Shown piece by piece: positions 48,601 to 61,406 of a stretch of 64,000 nucleotides of DNA. Source of the stretch: Torpedo marmorata (Eukaryota). The stretch spans positions 131,254,001 to 131,318,000 of the forward strand of contig OZ360223.1 of the NCBI GenBank assembly GCA_977017645.1. The letters are read 5' to 3'. Under the pieces are notes generated by a model. That model saw nothing but the letters and a program-made list of their open reading frames with translations, was not told where the DNA came from and did not search any database. The translations under genes were made by a program, and so were the position numbers. Position 1 is the stretch's first letter; the number at the start of each line of letters is the position of its first letter.

Positions 48601-49614
48601 GATCTCTAAAGTGAAACCTGGACAAAGGATAGTGGCAACATTTGCTAATCAGCCCCGGTTTCATATATTATTTGATATTGATGTCGCCATTCATTTCTTT
48701 CCAATCACCTGAAAGAAATCACAACTTATTTAGCAGTGACGAGCACATAACAGCTTGTGGATAAGCAATGGTGATCCCCCTCCTTCTCATCAACCAAGCA
48801 GTTCAGGTCAGATCTAGGTGATAGGTACATGCTCAGGGTTATCAGCTGAATGAAGTTTTATTGCCTAAACTGAATTCCCAGAGGAAGGGCTGTTAGGCAT
48901 GGACATAGGCATACACCTGGCCTCAAATCACTGCTCTCATCTGACCAATCTGGCATCAAAATATGAGGAATTCAGGGGTCAGGGGTTATGGAGGAAAGTG
49001 ATGTTTGAAGGGCAAGACGAAGGCCAGGACAGGTTTGATACAGAAACAGCCAAATAACTTCAACCTTCAGTTATCTATATCTCTTTACTTGGCATCCAGC
49101 CCTGCCCCAACAGAAATTCCCGAGGGGTAGATTTGATATGGACAGCAGTTGTCACTTAATGATAAATCTTTCCTGTTTCATCCTTCATTGACTTCAAAAA
49201 TACCTGGCTTTGTTTTTTTTTGAATTTTCCCCAAGTTTAGCAGCGTGTCATAAGCAGGTGAGTGTTTGACAGGATGCTCACATCACAGAGACACCAACAT
49301 CAAGATTTTGTTTCCGGTTATGCATTGATTCATGTAAATCTTAAAAATGGAACAACTGTCTGAATTTCAAAGAGCAAGGTACCGGAGCCGTATCTACAAC
49401 ACAGTTTAGATGTCTTGTGGCTGAAGAATGCAACCATCTCTTTCTATCTGGGACTACAAAGAAATTAAATTTGGTCTTTTTATGCGAAAAACAAATCAGT
49501 GATCAAATAATTCACGCATTTGCTCAGAATTATTCAGATCTTGCAATGCAGAAATGAGCTTTGTTTATTCTCTGTGCCATGTTTGTGTTTCACAGGAATC
49601 TCTTCCCACTTTCA

Positions 49615-50005
49615 TAAGAAAAGAAGAAATAGGAGCAGGAGTCGGCCATTCGGCCCATTGAACCTACTCTGCCATTCACTAAGATCATGGCTGATCTGGC
49701 AGTGGACATATCCACTTGTTCTCCATAACCCTTAATTTCCCTATTCTTCAAAAATCTATCCATCTGTATCTCAAATACATTATTTGAAGCAGCCTCTACT
49801 GCTTCCTTGGGGAGAGAATTCCACATATTCACTACCCTCTGGGAGAAGCAGTTCCTCCTCATCTCTATCTTAAATCTACTCCAATGTGTATAGTCCCAGA
49901 CTACCTCATCTCTCCTCATACACTAACCCCCTCATTTCAGGAGTCAACCTCTTCTGCACCACTCTACAGTCAGGACATCATTTCTCAAGTAAGGAGACCA
50001 GAACT
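49615..50005 (-). mobile_element. CR1 3' end
   Basis: RRNCFSQRVVNMWNSLP motif and CR1 tail. Confidence 0.85.
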
Positions 50006-51099
50006 GCTTCCTTCAGTTAGATCTATATTTTTCACTTCTGGTACCCTCAGTGGTGCTATCTTCTCATTATTCTCTGGTTCAATATGTTCCTCTGTCAAGA
50101 GAACCTCAAGGCTCTCCAAAGCCAGCGGAAGGACTATACCACCTCACAAATGACCCTCCCCTCCTCACCCCCGGCCCTGTCAACAATCTCTAGATATACC
50201 GTATCTGTGATTCCCACAATGACCTCATCAGTGACTCCAGAATCGACAAAACCAGAATGGCAGTAAGTCACCCTTGATCCCAAGGCACTTTTTTTTCATC
50301 CAAAAATAAACTTCATTCACAATAAAAATATATACAAAGGAAAACATTGCAAAGTTTTTTTTAACATTCCTAGTGCCATATTCATTAAACATTCTGTGAT
50401 TGAACCTTGCAGTGTTAACCATTTATAGCATCATTGCCACATAATGTGGTTCCCCCAGGGTTACGCCCCCTTCTGTTGTTTGAGGGGATTCCCCACTAAT
50501 CTTAGCTGAGGGACTGTCTAAGATGAAGAATCGCTCCTCCTGAGTAACCTGTTCATCTTCGTAACTATCTTGCACTTATAACCTCTGGTTTTGATCATTC
50601 CACCTGTTTAACCACCTCTCCCAAACACCTGTAAAATATTTGTTTTCTAAATGTAGAAAACTTTGGGACACAAGTTACACTGATGGCAACCGAAACACAA
50701 AATAGATCTGAATAAACTTGAAAGGCACTTGAAAGAATACAGTATTAAAATAAAAGGAAATAAATGCCCAGCCCTCCTATTTCATAAACATGGGTAATTC
50801 TGTTTTACAGCAGGTAACAGTCATAAATAGCATGGATGGAAGATGATGCAAGCAATAAAGGACCTGGGGCTGCACACAATCTCATGATCTTTAAAAGATA
50901 TGGTTTGTTTTGTGTTCCTCACTGATCAAAGGCAAAGCCAATAGCCATGGAATATACTCGTGTTTTTTATTACTACAGATGCAGGGATCCAGCTGTGCAG
51001 CTAAGGACAGCTCAGGAGAGAGAAAGGATGGCTCCAGGTGACAAACTGCTGCTGTATGTGAGTAAAGGAAGATGAGACAATAAGCCAATTCTGCCTGGA

Positions 51100-51260
51100 G
51101 TTCAGCAAGAAGATCTGCAGATGCTGGGGTCAAGTGCAATGCACAAAAGTCCTGGAGAAACTCAGCAGGTCACGCAGCATCCATACGAAGTGAAGGGTAA
51201 CCAAAATTTCTGGCCTGGGCCTTTCGTCAGGAATAAGAAAAAGGACAGGCAGATGCCGGT
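51100..51260 (-). mobile_element. Penelope pLTR fragment with hammerhead-like core
   Basis: CTGGAGAAACTCAGCAGGTCACGCAGCATCC; minus strand CUGACGA-AAGGCCCAGGCCA-GAAA. Confidence 0.72.
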
Positions 51261-51269
51261 CTTGGGCGG

Positions 51270-51500
51270 AGCACTTCCTGTACCATGCCTGACAGGACAC
51301 TTTCGATGATGCATTTGAGAAAGTGGTTGAGGGACACAGAGGACATGCCAAATTTTTTCAGGCTTCTGAGGAAGTAGAGGTGTTGGTGCGATTTCTTGGC
51401 TGTCATGTGGTTGGACCAGGGCAGGTAATGGAGATAATTATGCCTTAGAAATTAAACCTGTCTACTATTTTCACCTTAGCTCCATTAATGCGGACAGGGG
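51270..51500 (-). mobile_element. Old Rex1/Babar fragment
   Basis: Antisense KSHQHLYFLRSLKKFGMS. Confidence 0.7.
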
Positions 51501-52212
51501 ATCGAGCTCGTCAGACAAGGTAAGTGTGAATCTGTGCTGCATTGAATCCAGCTGAAGGATATCCTTTTTAGATACATAGACCAAAACTCCATACAGAATT
51601 CCACATGGTCTGCACAATCTCAGCAAAATGTCCTGACACTTGTATTGCTACTTCCTTGCAACAAGGCCAACACTTGTCTTCCTAAGTACTTGCTGTTACT
51701 TTCTGCATTACATGGAGCATCTCTGTATACCAAAAGACAATTGACAATTCCTCTCCAGCCTCCCCTCACTCCCACTGATGCTGCTTGACCTGCTGAGTTT
51801 CTCCCACAGACGGTTTGTTGTTCTGCATACCAACACTTATTAATTTATCATTCTGTCCAAATTCTTCCAATTCTCTTTCCAAAATGAATACCCACATATT
51901 TTCCGACATTTTACTTATCTCTAGCATATGTTGAACTGTAGGAGGTTACAGAGACAGGGAAGCACAAGACCAAGAAGAATTAAAAAACAAGTTTGATCAC
52001 TTTTAATTTGAGGAGTAAATTGGATGATGGGTGAAGCTGGTCTTTATGTGAGCATGGAAATGAGCAGCAGAATTTATGAAGGGCAGCTGAAACCATCAGG
52101 GGATCAAGTCAAGGGGTAGCAAAAGAATGGTTGAGAGTTTCTGTTGCAAATGAACTGAGACAGGGTAAAGAATCAGGCAAAGTCATAGAGGTGAAAGTGG
52201 GCAGTCTCAATA

Positions 52213-52526
52213 GGCCTTTTCACACCGCCAAGTTCATGTGGGCACACCGTCCGATTTCTCGGGATCACCTGTAAAATGTCCAAATTGAAAAGGGCCAACC
52301 TGGCATGACGGGTCAAAATCGACTGGGCTCCGAGACCTAGTCGGAGGTAGTCTCGGAGCCCAGCCGATTTAACCTGGCAGCCGTCCTCTGGCAGTCTGAA
52401 AAGGCAAATGGCTCACCTCGTAATGTTACTGACGTCAGCGCATGCGTGCTTGCGTCACATAAAACCCATAAAAATAGAAATAAGAGATACAACAATATAA
52501 ATGTTACTTTAATGATGGCAAAGGGA
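52213..52526. mobile_element. PIF/Harbinger-like non-autonomous element, left end
   Basis: Starts GGCCTTTTCACAC after a TA-containing site; internal palindrome at 52316-52370. Cut by an L1 insertion; no right TIR seen. Confidence 0.55.
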
Positions 52527-52889
52527 CCTAAGCCACAATATTTTTTTTTATTTTTTTTTAATATTTTATTTTAAATTTTGAATTTTCTCACAGTAGTACA
52601 ACATACGTAATATACATCATTAATTCCAGTAAATAAAAAACATAATTTGTATTACAGTGTATCTAACCCATCCCTTAACCCACCCTCTATAAATTGCTAC
52701 CCCACCCTCCACCCTTCCCCTTCCTTTAATTCCCTTCCCTTACTAAAAACTAAAAGAAAAAAACAGAAAGGAAGGCATTGGTATTACTTATTAAAAACAT
52801 CTGTACGGATTGCTGCTGGGTCCACGGCTCGACGCATGGTATTCAACAATATTTATTCTTTAAATTTGAGAAGATGTAGAGGAACACAA

Positions 52890-55800
52890 TTAGATATTCA
52901 TACCTAATGATTGGATATATGGACGCCAAATTTGCAAAAATATCCCATATTTATTTCTCATATTATATGTTATTTTTTCCAATGGAATACAACTCCGCAT
53001 CTCTATATTCCATCTATCCATGCCTAAATTTGTATCTGATTTCCAAGTTACTGCTATACACTTCCTTGCTACTGCTAAAGCGATTTTTACAAATTTCAAT
53101 TGACATGTTGATAACTTCAACTTTGGTCTAGTTCCTTCCACATTCCCTAATAAAAATAAATCAGGATTCTGTGGAAATATAACACCTGTAATTTGTTTTA
53201 ACAGATTCCCTAACTCTATCCAAAAGTGTTTTACTTTAGGGCATAACCATGTTGAATGTAAAAAAGTTCCCCCCTCTTCACCACATCTAAAACACTTATT
53301 TGATAATGTAGATTTTATCTTATTCAATTTTTGTGGTGTAAGATATAGTTGATGTAAAAAATTATACTGTACTAATCTATATCTTACATTAATAGTGTTG
53401 GTCATACTATCTTGACATAAATCCGACCATCTTTTTTCATCAATTATAACATTAAGATCTTGCTCCCATCTTTGTCCAGATCTATGAAGTCCTTGTTTTA
53501 AGGCTCCCCTTTGTAACAAAGAATATATTATAGAAGTAAATTTTTAAATATTTCCTTTCCTAATAAGGGTTTCTACCTCACTACAATCTTGTAACAACAT
53601 ATCCGGACCTAGTTTTTCCCTTAAATAACCTTTTAATTGAAAATAACAAAAAAGAGTATTATTGGGTATTCCATATTTGTTTCGTAACTGTGTAAACAAC
53701 ATCAATTGGTTCCCTTCATAACAATCTTCTATCTTCTTTATTCCTTTCTGTGACCATATATTTAAAAATTGATTATCTTTTGTAAAAGGTATGAGATTAT
53801 TCTGTATCAATTACATTTTAGGTGATATAGTTCCTTTCATCCCTATCTCATCATTAATCTTATTCCAAGCATTAATCAAATGTTTTAGTAACGGTGTTTC
53901 TTTAACACCTGCCAATAATTTTGAGTTCCATTTATATATAAATTCTTCTGGTACCTTTTCTCCTATTTCTCCAAGCTCTATTCCAACCCATGCAGGTCTT
54001 CCTTCACTTTCAAAAAAAGAAGTAACAAATCTCATTTGTGCCGCTCGATAATAATTTTTAAAATTAGGGAGTTGTAAACCTCCCAATTCGTATTTCCATG
54101 TTAAACGTTCCATAGAAACTCTTGACATTTTACCTTTCCAAAGAAATTTTCGCACTTGTTTATTTAAATCGGGGAAAAAAAACCTGTGGTAATAAAATAG
54201 GTATAGTTTGATACAAATACTGTATCCTCGGAAATATATTCATTTTAATACAATTAACTCTTCCTATCAATGTAATAGGTAAATTAATCCATTTTTCCAA
54301 ATCTTATTTAATCTTTTTAAGTATTGGTAGATAATTCCATTTATATAGATTTTTAAAATTATTATCTGTTTGAATCCCGAGATATTTTATCCCATTATGT
54401 GGCCATTTAAGTTGAGTGCTTCTTTTACATAAAGTATAATCTCCCTCTGTGAGAGGCATAATTTCACTTTTATCCCAGTTTATCTTATAACCAGAAACTT
54501 TCCCATATTCTTCCAATTTAAAATGCAATTTTTGCAGAGAGGTCTCAGGCTCTGTCAAGAATATTAAAATATAGTCCACAAATAAGCAGATTTTATGTTG
54601 CTCTTGACCAACTGTAAATCCCTTAATTGCCAAATCACTTCTTATTGCCTCTGCAAGTGGTTCTATAGCTAATATAAATAAAGCTGGTGACAATGGGCAC
54701 CCTTGTCGGCTAGATCTTGTCAATCAAAACGAAGTTGATATTTGTCCGTTAGTCACTACTTTTACTTTTGGAGCATTATATAATGCTTTAATCCAATCTA
54801 TATAAATCCTCCCAAATCCAAACTTCTCCAATACTTTAAACAAAAAAATCCCACTCCAGTCTATCAAAAGCTTTCTCTGCATCTAGTGCCACCGCAACAC
54901 TTAGTACTTTTCTTTTTTGAGCAAAATGAACAATACTAAGTAACCTTGCTACATTGTCAGCTGCTTGTCTTTTTTTTGTAAAGCCTGTTTGATCCATATT
55001 TACTAATTTTGGCAAAAATGTTGTTATTCTATTGGCCAAGATTTTTGCTACAATCTTATAGTCTGCATTCAGTAATGAAATTGGTCTATATGATGAAGGT
55101 TTCAATGGGTCCCTGTCTTTTTTTAGTATTACAGTAATTATTGCTGTAGAAAAGATTCTGGAAGTGTATGAGTCACAGACGGTTGCTGTAACATATTGTT
55201 ACAAATTCAAACCAGCAACGACAGAAGACGCAATGCAAAAGGGGTAAAATTGAAATTATTATTTATTAAACACAAGTAAACATATAATTTCACAACAATT
55301 AACCCCACTATAAATGTCTATAAACACTATTCTTATCTAAAAGGTGTGTGTGTGTGTGTAAAGCCCAGACCATTACAGTCTGTACCCAACCCTTATGTAA
55401 AAATGGAAAAACTTTCCCCAAAAACCCCAGGTCAGTCATAAAAAACAAGTCAGTCAAAAAAAAAGATAATACAGTCTACAAATTCACTCTCTAAGTTCAG
55501 GCTTCAACTTCAGCTCTGTGTCTGGTAGAAGTACTTCTGAATGAACGTTGGAGAGAGACAATAACTGTTTATGCTTACAAATACTTGTTTTCTTCTCTGA
55601 TGACATCCCCTTCTTGTATGTTCATAAGGATTGCAAGTTCCAGATCAGTATACCACTGATTTAGGCGTGTGCTTGAATCTCACAGCCAGTTTCGCTGATC
55701 TCACGCCTGTTCTCCACAGAAGTTGCTTTTTCTCAGAATTTCTCTCTGAGACAGGAGGCCATGTGCTTTTCTGCCAGTGATTTTCTCTGGCTTGCACAAG

Positions 55801-57582
55801 CCTGGATTTGGCTGTGTCCTGTAGCCTTTGCAACTTACAACTGTCTGCTTTTCCTGCAGAAATCTGCACCTGCTTTTTGCAAAAGTGAAACAAATGTATC
55901 TTGTCCAGTCTGTCTGTCTCTCTCTCTCTCTGGTCTCTCTCTGTCTGGGTACACCAAGAGTGCAACAATGTATCTTGTCTGGGTACACCAAGTAGCTGGG
56001 GGAAGTTAACTCTTTCAGTACCTGGCCCCAGTGTATACTCCAAAAGACTTCATCCTTCCTGCTGACCGTCCGCAGTCCAAATGGTCAGTCATGGTCCATA
56101 ACAATATCCATAAACACAGGAATTAATAATTCCTTAAACTCTTTATAAAACTCTGGCGGAAAACCATCCTCTCCCGGTGCTTTATTACTTTGTAGTGTAC
56201 TCATTGCATCCTTCACCTCCTTCTGCATAAACTGGGTACTTAATTCTAGTTGCTCTTGCATATTTAATCTTGGTAAATTTATTTGTGATAAATATCCATC
56301 GATTTTACTATCATCTTGCAGAGATTCTGATTTATATAAATCAGAATAGAAGTTTTTTAAAAGAATCATTTATTATTTGAGGTTTATAGCTAATAACATC
56401 AGCCTCGGTTTTAACTGCATTAATTGTTCTTGATGCCTGTTCTGTTTTTAATTGCCATGCTAGTACTTTATGTGAATGTTCACCTAACTCATAATATCTT
56501 TGCTTAGTTCTTATAATAATCTTCTCCGTTCTATAAGTCTGTAATACGTTATATTGAAGTTTTTTATTAATTAATTGTCTACGTTTATCTACAGAGCTCC
56601 TCTTTTGTAAATCTTTATCTAAAATTGTTATTTCTTTTTCTAATTGGTCTATTTCTCTCATATATTCCTTTTTAATTTTTGAAGAATAACTTATGATTTG
56701 ACCTCTTAAATATACTTTCAAAGTTTCCCATATTACAAATTTATCAGGCATGGAGTTTAGATTTGTTTCGCAAAATATCTGAATTTGCCTCCTTATAAAA
56801 TCACAGAAATCTGTTCTTTTTAATAATAAAGGATTCAATCTCCATCTATATATCGATTTTTCTTTATCAGGTACAACAATTGTCATCAATAAAGGTGAAT
56901 GGTCAGACAAAATCCTTGCTTTATACTCTGCTTCCAGAATTCTGTCTTGCAGTTGAGCTGAAACTAAAATTAAATCAATTCTGGAATAAGAATCATGCCT
57001 ACTAGAATAAAATGAAAAATCTTTATCCCTTGGATGAATTCTTCTCCAGGCATCTATCAAGTTTAAGTCTTTCATTAATACCAGCGTAGCTCTCGCTGCC
57101 TTAGTTCTCTTCACTCCTCTTGTAGACTTATATAAGACCAGATCTAAACAAAAGTTGAAGTCTCCCCCTATTATAATATTCTCATGTGCTTCCGCTATAT
57201 TAAGAAAAGTTTCTTGAATAAACTTATCATCATCCATATTGGGAAGATATATATTCAAAAAAGTCCAAAATTCTGAATATATCTGACAGTGGATCATTAC
57301 ATATCTCCCTACAGGATCCGTCACAACGCTCTGAATTATAATTGGAAGATTCTTTTTTATTAAAATTGCCACACCCCTTGCTTTAGAATTAAATGAAGAA
57401 GCCGCTACATATCCCACCCAGTCTCTTTTTAATTTCAAATGTTCTTTCTCTGCTAAATGTGTCTCTTGTAAAAAAGGCACATCAACACCCAATTTTTTAA
57501 TATACGCTAATACTCTTTTCCTCTTAATTGGTCCATTTATCCCATTAATATTAAAGTTCAAAAATCTTGCTATATTACTCAT
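52890..57582 (-). pseudogene. L1 ORF2 (APE endonuclease, RT, zinc knuckle), frameshifted and LTR-interrupted
   Basis: NFNINGIN..LQETH..GGDFN..SRID..SDH; YRPISLLN; QGCPLSP; CFRC. Confidence 0.93.
55197..56103 (-). mobile_element. Solo LTR of the Gmr1-like family (variant with internal duplication)
   Basis: TGTTAC...ATAACA; TSD ATAT at 55193-55196 and 56104-56107; duplicated TGTATCTTGTC and CTGGGTACACCAAG blocks at 55895-55992. Confidence 0.95.
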
Positions 57583-58059
57583 TTTAAATTACATATTTCA
57601 TTCCTTTTAATGTTACCTCTTCCAGCCCAGACCCCCTAACTCTCTCCCTTTTACTTCGTTCTTCAATCTCCATCGCGTCAATATATGTCCCCCCCAGCAA
57701 TCAATACAAATAGAAAATAAAAAATATAAAATTAAAGAATACACTCCCCCCCTTCCACAAAAGTAAAAAAACAAGCTAACTACATCCCCTCTAGCGCTTT
57801 TAAAATACACAGCGCTACCCCCCTCTATTTTACGGGTCACGACCAAAGTCGCAAAAGTACACTTGATTCCAGTAGTAGTCAGGACCTCATTCTCCTCCCC
57901 CCCCAACCCCCCTGGTATAAAATTTTTATATATATGTATTCTTTTAAAAGAAAAGAAATACAAACACAAAGTAGTCAATCATCAATTTTGCCAAATTTAC
58001 AAACGGATATAAGTTGTTCCATCGCCAATTGTAAGACTTTCTCTTTTCTAACGTTCCTC

Positions 58060-59159
58060 TCCAACTCTCAAAGCCTGCGGAAGTTCGTTAGCAAATTCCT
58101 CTGCCAGAGTACAGTTTGTAAAGATTTGTTTTGTTGGTCTGGTAGAAAGAGCTTCAAGGTCGCAGTACAAATCTGTAGCCCTTCTCCCAAAGGATCTTTT
58201 TAGCTGGGTTGAATTCCTTCATTAAGTCAGCACTTATATCAGGATAAAAAAGAATTCTGGCCTCATTATATATCAAAGCGCCATGTCTTGCTCTTGCTTG
58301 TTCCATCGCCAGTTGTAAAACTTTCTCCCTATCTTGATAACGAAGGAATTTAATTAAAATTGAACGCGGATTTTGATCTTGTGACGGCTTTGCTCTTAGA
58401 GCCGTGTGTGCTCTTTCAATTTCAATTGTATGATCAAACTTATCTGGACGCAGTACATCAGGTATCCAAGTTTTAATAAAAGCAATCATATCTTGCCCTT
58501 CTTCTTCTTCTTTAAGACCAACTATTTTTATATGATTTCTTCTACTGAAATTCTCCAATATATCCACTTTTTGTTGAAGCTTCTTATTTTCCATTACTAA
58601 GGCAGTGATATTATTTTCCACCTTATCCACTCTCTCTTCAGTATATTCCATGTCAGCTTGTACTTTCTTAACTTTTTTCTCAACCTTTTGACTTTAAGCC
58701 TTTTATATCTTTTATCACTTCTTTAACATCCTTCATATCAGCCTTTAATTCATTCAGTATTCTTAACAAAGCTGCATAACCTGCTGATTTGCCTTTTTCC
58801 TCCACAGCTGATAATGCTCGCTCCTCCCGTGGTTGTTGTTGTAATTATTCGACTTCCAGCTGGCCCCCTTCGTCATCTGAGTCAGAGCCTCTTGAATCAT
58901 CTTGTCCCGACGCTGCAGAGTCTGGTGAAAGCTGCGGAGTTCCGCGCTTGCGCACTACCGGCCCGACTTCTTCCTCGACGCTATGATCTTGTGGTCGAGG
59001 ACGTGCAGTGCCAGCAGAGATCCCCATCAACGGTGCATCCTCCCGGGGATCCATTTGAACTTCAGCTCCCCGGTGTCGAGGCCTTTTTGCAGTCAGAGTC
59101 TTCTCCTTTCGTTGAGCTTTAGGTAAGGCTCTGGCTGATTTGTCTTTTTTTAAAGGCAT
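58060..59159 (-). pseudogene. L1 ORF1, disrupted (3' boundary approximate)
   Basis: MPLKKDK..; coiled coil; LENFSRRNHIKIVGL..IERAH..PRSILIKFLRYQD. Confidence 0.85.
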
Positions 59160-60289
59160 TATTACTTTTTTACTGGTGCTTAAATACTTTTTTAAGAAGG
59201 TTAAAACTTTTTAAAACGTTTTTTAATCGACACTTTTTAAACATTCCCAGGAGGGTCAGGTTACTACGTCCTAACCCTACGGCATCACGTGACGTCCCCC
59301 CCTAAGCCACAATATTAAAAGTATTTTCTTTCTTTTCTTTTTAAAATCTCTTTATTAATTCCATAAAATCATGGATTTAACAGTTCATTCACTATATATG
59401 TTTCTGGAAGAGTATGGGTTTCCATAGCCTGTTCTAATACTTGCATGAATATAGGAATTAACAAATCTTTAAATTCTTTATAGAATTCAGGTGGAAATCC
59501 ATCTTCTCCAGGTGACTTATTACTTTGCAAAGAAGTCATAGCTTCCTTTACTTCTACCTCAGTAATTAAAGCATTTTGTTCTGTTTGCTCCTGTATATTT
59601 AATCTGGGTAGTATTATGTGTGGTAGATAAGTATTTATCTTATTATCATCTCTTAAAGACTCTGAGCTATATAGTTTTGAATAAAAAATTTTAAAAGACT
59701 CATTTATTTCTTGAGGTTTATATGTCACTACATTATTTTCTTTTTTGATTGCATTGATTGTTCTTGAAATCTGTCCCGCCTTTAATTGCCAAGCTAATAC
59801 CTTATGTGATCGCTCACCTAGTTCGTAATATCTCTGTTTCATTCTTATTATTGCTTTTTCAGTTGTATACGTTTGTAACGTATTATATTGAATTTTTTTA
59901 TTAATCAAGTATCTACGTTTATCTTCTGAAGGAGAAATTTGTAAGTCTTTCTCTAATATTGTAATTTTATTCTTTTTTAATGTTAGAAGTAAAACTTATA
60001 ATTTGGCTTCTTAAATACGCTTTTATAGTGTCCCATATAATAAATTTATCATTTACCGAGTTCAAATTTGTATCACAAAATAATTGAATATGTGTTCGAA
60101 CAAACTCACAAAAATCTTTTCTTTTCAACATCAAAGAATTGGGTCTCCACCTATAAATCGATTTCTCCTTATCAGGCATTTCCATCGTTATTAATAAAGG
60201 CGAATGATCAGATATGAATCTTGGTTTATAATCCGCTTCTACAACCCTAGCTTGCATTTGGGCGGGAAATCAAAAATAAATCAATTCTT

Positions 60290-61406
60290 TTTTTTTTGAA
60301 TATTTTATTTGTATTTTTTAAAGCCAAACATGTTATCAATAACAAAATAATACATCGTCAAATATAATATTTGTCTGTTGACTATTATACTAAAAAAACA
60401 ACAAAATTACAAACAAAGGAAAACCCACCCACCCAATTCCCCCCTAAATAACCATATAACCATACAACAATTACAGCACGGAAACAGGCCATTAGGCCCT
60501 TCCAGTCCGCACTGAACCAAACATTCCTATCTAGTCCCACCTACCTGCACCCTGCCCATAACCCTCCACTTCCTTCTCATCCATATACTTGTCCAACTTT
60601 TTCTTAAATAATAAAATTGACTCTGCCGCCACTACTTCTCCCGGAAGCTCATTCCACACCGCTACCACTCTCTGAGTAAAGAAGTTCCCCCTCATGTTAC
60701 CTCTAAACCTCTGCCCCTTAATTCTTAGCTCATGTCCTCTTGTTTCAATCTCTCCTATTCTTAATGGAAATAGTCTATCCACATCCACTCTGTCTATCCC
60801 TTTCATAATTTTAAATACCTCTATCAAATCCCCTCTCAACCTTCTACGCTCCAAAGAATAAAGACCTAATATGCTCAATCTCTCCTTGTACTCTAGATTC
60901 TTAAACCCAGGTAACATTCTGGTAAATCTTCTCTGCACTCTCTCCACCTTGTTGATATCCTTCCTATAATTTGGCGACCAGAACTGCACACAGAACTCTA
61001 AATTGGTCGCACCAAAGCCTTATATAATCTCAACATCACTTCCCAACTCCTATATTCTATGCAATGATTGGTAAAGGCCAGCATACTAAAAGCCTTCTTC
61101 ACCATCCTATTCACATGAGTTTCCACCTTCAGGGAACGATGCACCGTTATTCCTAAATCTTTCTGCTCTTCTGTATTCATCAATGAAAGAAAAGAGAGGA
61201 ATAGAATAAGGAAAGGTTGAAATAGAAAAGGAAAGAAGATGTTGGAGGCTCGTCGTCCACCCCGCAGGCTTAAATTACTTGGCACACTCGGATTTCTGAA
61301 GAGTAAACGGACATAGGTCCTGGAGGCGAGGGAGGGCCTGGTTATAGATTTACAGCCATGTGTTGTAAATATGGAGTCCAAATCTTTAAAAATATATCAT
61401 ATCTAT
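60290..61406 (-). mobile_element. Short L1 3' end nested in the L1 endonuclease; itself split by CR1
   Basis: RYDIFLKIWTPYLQHMAVNL*, 3'UTR and poly-A. Host SYSR | IDLF rejoins across a short TTCTT repeat. Confidence 0.8.
60449..61185 (-). mobile_element. CR1 3' end, relatively well preserved
   Basis: ORF 60531-60989 QFWSPNYRKD..FFTQRVVAVWNELP; (ATATGGTT)n tail. Confidence 0.93.

Larger units (their letters stand above)
52543..59300 (-). mobile_element. Full-length L1 (~5.85 kb without the nested LTR)
   Basis: 5' end GGGGGACGTCACGTGA, ORF1, ~0.5-kb spacer, ORF2, poly-A. 16-bp TSD CCTAAGCCACAATATT at 52527-52542 and 59301-59316, at a TTTT/AA site. Confidence 0.96.

Noticed and set aside
50979-51057. 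79-bp plus-strand exon candidate with TACAG acceptor and GTGAGT donor
   Set aside because: Only one short open frame, no recognisable homology, and it cannot be chained to other exons.
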